Assembly: GCA_963741945.1 (NCBI GenBank)
Contig: CAVUKA010000007.1
Location: 32,001-96,000 of the forward strand
Reading direction: 5' to 3'
Origin: an uncultured Gemmatimonadales bacterium
GTDB lineage: Bacteria; Gemmatimonadota; Gemmatimonadetes; Longimicrobiales; RSA9
Length of the DNA: 64,000 nucleotides
This document shows, piece after piece, positions 59,485-64,000 of the stretch. The notes under the pieces were generated by a model that saw only the letters and a list, made by a program, of their open reading frames with translations, did not search any database and had not been told where the DNA came from. A program made the position numbers and the translations under genes. The first letter of the stretch is position 1, and each line of letters starts with the position of its first letter.

Positions 59485-60804
59485 ATGAGCAGCACGACAG
59501 CGGTGGCCGGGCGGCGGACCATCAAGGTCGACCACCTGGCGCGGGTGGAGGGGCACGGCGGCATCACGGTGGAGCTGGACGGCGATCACATCGAGGGTGT
59601 GCGCTTCGACGTGTTCGAAGGGATCCGGCTGATCGAGGGGCTGGTGGGCGGCCGGAGCTGGGACGACGTGTCGCAGATCGTTTCGCGCATCTGCGCCATC
59701 TGCTCCGTGGCTCACGCCCTGACGTCGATCCGGGCGACGGAGCGCGCGTTCGGGATCCAGCCCACGCACCAGACGGACCTCCTGCGCGACCTCATGTGGC
59801 GGGGTGAGAACATCGAGAGCCACGCGCTCCACATCTTCCTGCTGGCCGCCCCCGACTACCTCGGCTACCCGAGCGCCACGGCCATGGCCGCGGACCATCC
59901 GGGAGCCGTGGCCCTGGGGCTCCGGCTCAAGAAGCTGGGGAACCGGATCCAGGAGCTCATCGGCGGGCGGGCGATCCACCCGGTGAACGCGATCCCCGGC
60001 GGATTCGGGCGCGTGCCGGGTGAAGCGCCGCTCATCGAGCTGCGCTGCCAGCTCGAGGAGGCACGGACCGACGTGGAGCAGATGCTGGAGCTCATGCGCG
60101 CCCTGCCCCGCATCGAGCCGCTGGACAGCGACACCGTCTACGCGGCGCTGCGCCCGGACCGGGGATACCGCTACGACCAGGGCTCGGAAGTGGTCTTCCT
60201 GCGTGACGGGGAGCGACGCAGCGTTGCGGTGGACGACCTGCGGAAGGTGGCGCCGGAGCACACCGTGTCCCATTCGCACGCCAAGCACACCACCCTGGAC
60301 GGGCGCCCGTTCATGGTGGGGGCGCTCGCGCGGCTGGCCGTGAACCGGGACCGGCTGCCGGACCGCGCCGGGGAGCTGCTGGACGACCTGGCGATCCAGC
60401 TCCCGTCCCGCGATCCGCTCGACAACAACAAGGCGCAGGCCATCGAGCTGGTCATGGACATCGACCGCTCCGTGGAGCTCGTGGACGAGCTCCTCTCCCG
60501 CGGACCGGAGCCCCAGCTCCCGCTCCGCATCCGGCCCCGGGCGGGCACCGGGACGGTGGTGAGCGAGGCGCCGCGCGGGATCCTCCTGCACAGCTACACG
60601 TTCGACTCCGCCGGGATCATCACGGCGGCGGACGTGATCACGCCCACGGCCTTCAACGCCGCGAGTGTCGAGGCGCACTTCCAGGCGGCGGTGCACCGTG
60701 ATGGCGTGGCCAACGAGGACGCCCTCAGGCACACGCTGGAGATGATCGCGCGGGCGTACGACCCGTGCATCTCCTGCTCGGTCCACCTCGTGCAAAGGAG
60801 GTAG
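59485..60804 (+). CDS. hydA: Group 3b [NiFe]-hydrogenase large (alpha) subunit
   Basis: ARVEGHG, L1 SRICAICSVAH, EAPRG and L2 AYDPCISCSVH, followed by a short cleavable tail LVQRR. Confidence 0.95.
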   Translation: MSSTTAVAGRRTIKVDHLARVEGHGGITVELDGDHIEGVRFDVFEGIRLIEGLVGGRSWDDVSQIVSRICAICSVAHALTSIRATERAFGIQPTHQTDLLRDLMWRGENIESHALHIFLLAAPDYLGYPSATAMAADHPGAVALGLRLKKLGNRIQELIGGRAIHPVNAIPGGFGRVPGEAPLIELRCQLEEARTDVEQMLELMRALPRIEPLDSDTVYAALRPDRGYRYDQGSEVVFLRDGERRSVAVDDLRKVAPEHTVSHSHAKHTTLDGRPFMVGALARLAVNRDRLPDRAGELLDDLAIQLPSRDPLDNNKAQAIELVMDIDRSVELVDELLSRGPEPQLPLRIRPRAGTGTVVSEAPRGILLHSYTFDSAGIITAADVITPTAFNAASVEAHFQAAVHRDGVANEDALRHTLEMIARAYDPCISCSVHLVQRR

Positions 60805-60812
60805 CGGGAGGA

Positions 60813-62876
60813 GTGTTCCGCACGTTCTTCCGGAACCTGTCGCTCAGCGCCAAGCTGATCTCGAGCTATCTGGTCTTTCTCGGGATCGGCGGGCTGGCCA
60901 TCACCGTGGTGGGCTCCACCATCGTGAGCTCCACCATCATGGCCGAAGCCGAGCGCACCGTGAGCCACGACCTGGCCATCGCCCGCGCGATGTACCGCCA
61001 GGATGTCCGGCTGCTGGACCGAACCGTGCGCGTGGCGGCGGCCGGGTCCGAGCTGAGCGACCTCCTGGCCCGGAACGACACGGCAGCCGTCCGCGCCTAC
61101 CTCGCCGACATCCGCTCCCAGGGGCGGATGGACTTCCTCGCCGTGACCGGCCCCGACGGGCGCGTTCGCGTGCGCGCCGCCCCGGACGGCGCCCGGCTCG
61201 ACGACGCCGCCCGCCTCCCCGTGGTGGGGCAGGCGCTGGACACGGGACGGCCGCAGGCCGGCACCATGGTCATGAGCGCGGCCGAGCTCGAGCGCGAGGA
61301 CCCGGCCCTGCGGGCACGCGCGCGCGTCCCGCTCATGCCCACGGCACGCGCCGAGCCGTCTCGCCGGCGCGAGATCACGTCCGGCCTCGTGCTCGCCGCC
61401 GCCGCGCCGGTCAAGGACGCGGACGGGAACGTCATCGGCACCGTCTACGCCGGGCACCTCCTGAACGGTGACTTCGACATCGTGGACGCGGTCTGGGACG
61501 AGCTGTACGAGGGCGACGCCCGCGACAGCGTCGAGGTCGGCGGCACGGTCACCCTGTTCCTGGGCGACGTGCGGCTGTCTACCAATGTGCGGACGCCGAC
61601 AGGAGAACGCGCCACCGGCACCCGGGTCTCCGCGCCCGTGGCCGAAGCGGTGCTCAAGCGCGGCGAGCGGTGGAACGGCCGCGCGTTCGTGGTGGATGAC
61701 TGGTTCATCACGGCCTACGAGCCGCTGCGCGACGTCACCGGCCGGATCGTGGGAATGCTCTACGTGGGGCTGCCGGAAGCGTCGTACGTAGCCACCCGCG
61801 ACCGCGTGATCCTGTCCTTCATCGGCATTGCCAGCGTCGGCTTCCTGCTCGTGCTCGCGGTCACCTACATCGGGATCCAGCGCATGACGCGGCCGCTCGG
61901 CCAGATGGCGGCGGCCACGCGCAGCATCGCGGCCGGCGACTTCGACCACGAAGTGGAGGTCGACCCGCGCTCGGAGAGCGAGATCGCCCGGCTGGCGGGG
62001 TCGTTCAACCTCATGCTCCAGGGGCTGCGCCAGATGCGCGGCGACCTGGAGGAGTGGGCGCTCACGCTGGAGGAGAAGGTCCGCGAGCGCACGGACGAGC
62101 TGGTCAAGATGCAGGCGCGCGTGGCGCAGTCCGAGCGGCTGGCATCGCTGGGGATGCTCGCCGCCGGCGTCGCCCACGAGGTGAACAATCCCCTCGGCGG
62201 CATCCTCGCCCTCACGTCGCTCACGCTCGAGGAGATCCCCGAGGACCACCCCGAGCGCGAGAACCTGGAGGAAGTGGTCCGGCAAACGGAGCGCTGTCGC
62301 GACATCGTCAAGCACCTCCTCGAGTTCTCCCGGCAGACCGAGGTCAGCCCCGAAGAGCTCAACCTGAACGAGATCCTGGAGCGCACGCTCGCTTTGCTCC
62401 GCCGCCAGTCGCTCTTCTTCAACATCCAGGTCGACACCCACCTGGCGCCCGACCTGCCGCCGATCTTCGGCGACAGCTCCCAGCTGGAGCAGGTGTTCAT
62501 GAACATCCTCATGAACGCCGTCCAGGCCATGGACGAGCAGGGAACCATCACCATCACCACCCGCCGCGCCCCGGGCGACGATAGCTTCATCGAGCTGCTC
62601 TTCGCCGACACCGGAAAAGGGATCCCCGAAGAGCACGTCGGCCGCATCTTCGACCCCTTCTTCAGCACCGGGAAGGAAGGCCAGGGCACCGGCCTCGGCC
62701 TCTCCATCGCCTACGGCATCATCAGCAAGCACCAGGGCACCATCACCGTAGAAAGCCGGGTCGCCGAAGGCACCACCTTCACCATCCGCCTCCCCGTCGC
62801 CGCCCGGTTCGCCGGCACGGCCGAAGAGGAGCTGGAAACGCCCGTCGTCGCATGGCTCGGAGGAGGAGACGCATGA
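60813..62876 (+). CDS. Membrane sensor histidine kinase (periplasmic Cache-type, HAMP, NtrB-like HisKA)
   Basis: Two TMs flanking a large periplasmic domain (RLSTNV..GERATGT..YEPL), HAMP, GVAHEVNNPL, FDPFF and GTGLGL. Confidence 0.92.
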   Translation: MFRTFFRNLSLSAKLISSYLVFLGIGGLAITVVGSTIVSSTIMAEAERTVSHDLAIARAMYRQDVRLLDRTVRVAAAGSELSDLLARNDTAAVRAYLADIRSQGRMDFLAVTGPDGRVRVRAAPDGARLDDAARLPVVGQALDTGRPQAGTMVMSAAELEREDPALRARARVPLMPTARAEPSRRREITSGLVLAAAAPVKDADGNVIGTVYAGHLLNGDFDIVDAVWDELYEGDARDSVEVGGTVTLFLGDVRLSTNVRTPTGERATGTRVSAPVAEAVLKRGERWNGRAFVVDDWFITAYEPLRDVTGRIVGMLYVGLPEASYVATRDRVILSFIGIASVGFLLVLAVTYIGIQRMTRPLGQMAAATRSIAAGDFDHEVEVDPRSESEIARLAGSFNLMLQGLRQMRGDLEEWALTLEEKVRERTDELVKMQARVAQSERLASLGMLAAGVAHEVNNPLGGILALTSLTLEEIPEDHPERENLEEVVRQTERCRDIVKHLLEFSRQTEVSPEELNLNEILERTLALLRRQSLFFNIQVDTHLAPDLPPIFGDSSQLEQVFMNILMNAVQAMDEQGTITITTRRAPGDDSFIELLFADTGKGIPEEHVGRIFDPFFSTGKEGQGTGLGLSIAYGIISKHQGTITVESRVAEGTTFTIRLPVAARFAGTAEEELETPVVAWLGGGDA

Positions 62877-63359
62877 GCGCAGAACGCCCCATCCTCGTGG
62901 TCGGTCTCGGAAACCCCCTCTCGGGCGACGATGGCGTCGGCTGCGCCCTCGCCCACCTCCTCGCCAGCGACCCCGCTCTCCCGCCGCACGTCGAGGTCAT
63001 CGAGGGCGGCACCGACCTCCTCCGCCTCGAGAGCCGCCTCGAGGACCGCCGCTGGATCGTCCTCGTCGACGCACTCCTCGATCCCGGCGAGCCCGGACGC
63101 CTGCTCCGCTTCGACGGCGACCTCGAAGAGCTCGACCACCACGGCGGCAGCGTCCACCACATGCCTCCCACCGCCGCCCTCCGCCTCCTCCGCTGCCTCT
63201 ATCCCCACCTCGCCGCCGTCCCCGTCACCTTCCTCGGCGTCACCATCGACTGCGCCGCCATCGACACCCACCTCTCCGCACCTCTCCAGGCCCGACATCG
63301 ACGCCGTAGCGCACGAAATCCTGCTGACCGTCAGCGACCCAGAGCCCGGGCTCGCCTGA
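62873..63359 (+). CDS. Hydrogenase maturation protease (probable +1 frameshift at 63291-63293; the uncorrected ORF ends at 63475)
   Basis: LVVGLGNPLSGDDGVG, EGGT, LVDA and SVH motifs. Removing one C gives the terminal helix QADIDAVAHEILL. Confidence 0.85.
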
Positions 63360-63604
63360 TCCCAAGCCGGCGCCACACCCCTCACCCGGACCCGCCATCG
63401 CGCCGCTGTCCGACCGGTCCGCCGCGGCGCGATATGTGTGGGGCATTCCCCTACCTGAACCGGGTTGAGACGTAGGGAGTTGAACTACATCTCCCTTGCG
63501 CACGGTGTCAGGTAGTCCCATACTTGTTGAAATGCGACACCGAGGTCCCAAAACGGCGCTGACCTTCCGTCGGTGCCGGAACCCCCCCTGTTCGGAGGTC
63601 TTTG

Positions 63605-64000
63605 ATGCGCTCACCCGCAGTGTTACCCGTGCCCCCCCGATCGGCGTTGCGCGCGGGAATCGCAGCCGCAGTCGCTGCACTTTCTCTCGCGGGTTGTGAC
63701 GCCGGTGGCGCGACCGCGCCGGCGGCCCCGGCGAGCCCGGATGCCCAGATCGTGGATGGAGCGCACGGCGGCGCTTATCACGGCTTCCTGTTCCTGCCGC
63801 CGCTGACGGACAACCCCGACTTGGGTGGGCAGACGCCGCTGGCGGAGCTCGCGCCGCGGGTGGAGATCTGCATCGTGGACATGAGTGCCAACCCATGGTC
63901 CTGCGACGAGAACGGAGCGGTGCTGACGTTCGACCCCTCGGAGATCTCGTACGTGAGCGGTCACTATCAGGTGGACTGGGATACGCAGAGCCCATATCAG
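63605..64000 (+). CDS. Lipoprotein, 5' part (runs off the right edge)
   Basis: GGAGG plus ATG; MRSPAVLP..ALSLAGC lipobox, then IVDGAHGG..GFLFLPPL; open to the window end. Confidence 0.75.
   Translation, partial: MRSPAVLPVPPRSALRAGIAAAVAALSLAGCDAGGATAPAAPASPDAQIVDGAHGGAYHGFLFLPPLTDNPDLGGQTPLAELAPRVEICIVDMSANPWSCDENGAVLTFDPSEISYVSGHYQVDWDTQSPYQ

Noticed and set aside
60760-60790. Selenocysteine ([NiFeSe]) hydrogenase
   Set aside because: The L2 motif is DPCISC with ordinary TGC codons and no in-frame TGA.
1-64000. CRISPR array, cas genes, rRNA, transposase/integrase, prophage
   Set aside because: No repeat-spacer periodicity and no ORFs with the relevant motifs were seen.

Overview
This is a gene-dense, high-GC bacterial chromosomal segment. 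Its gene content (SusC/SusD pair, ADOP-type ABC permease remnant, coiled-coil OmpA lipoprotein) suggests Gemmatimonadota, which is an inference. From left to right: the 5' end of lexA, tRNA-Gln(CTG) and gltX; a four-gene RND efflux operon with two pumps; mscS and a Met-rich lipoprotein; a marR-thioesterase-ung operon; metal/oxyanion transporters (CDF, MOT1-type, cusCBA); envelope genes; a decayed 29-32 kb patch (TolB-like fragment, orphan CheB, truncated AbiEii); an MFS transporter; susCD; DUF134-NifX; a TolC-MFP-ABC operon whose permease survives only as a 56-aa stub; an RCK potassium channel, M1 aminopeptidase, ECF sigma/anti-sigma, osmC, AIM24, a nucleotidyltransferase and a GT4. Last is a group 3b [NiFe]-hydrogenase (hydBGDA plus maturation protease) interleaved with two histidine kinases and two stand-alone receivers, behind a near-perfect Rex/CRP-type palindrome. 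The most notable observations are: (1) the hydrogenase-phosphorelay operon, whose small subunit has a CxxD proximal-cluster motif; (2) a lexA start codon 2 nt after the tRNA-Gln discriminator, with its only Shine-Dalgarno inside the tRNA stems; (3) the permease stub; (4) several candidate operators and small proteins missing from the ORF track. Several single-base frameshifts in short homopolymers look like sequencing errors. No CRISPR array, rRNA or intact mobile element was seen. All product calls come from motif recognition by eye, not database searches.
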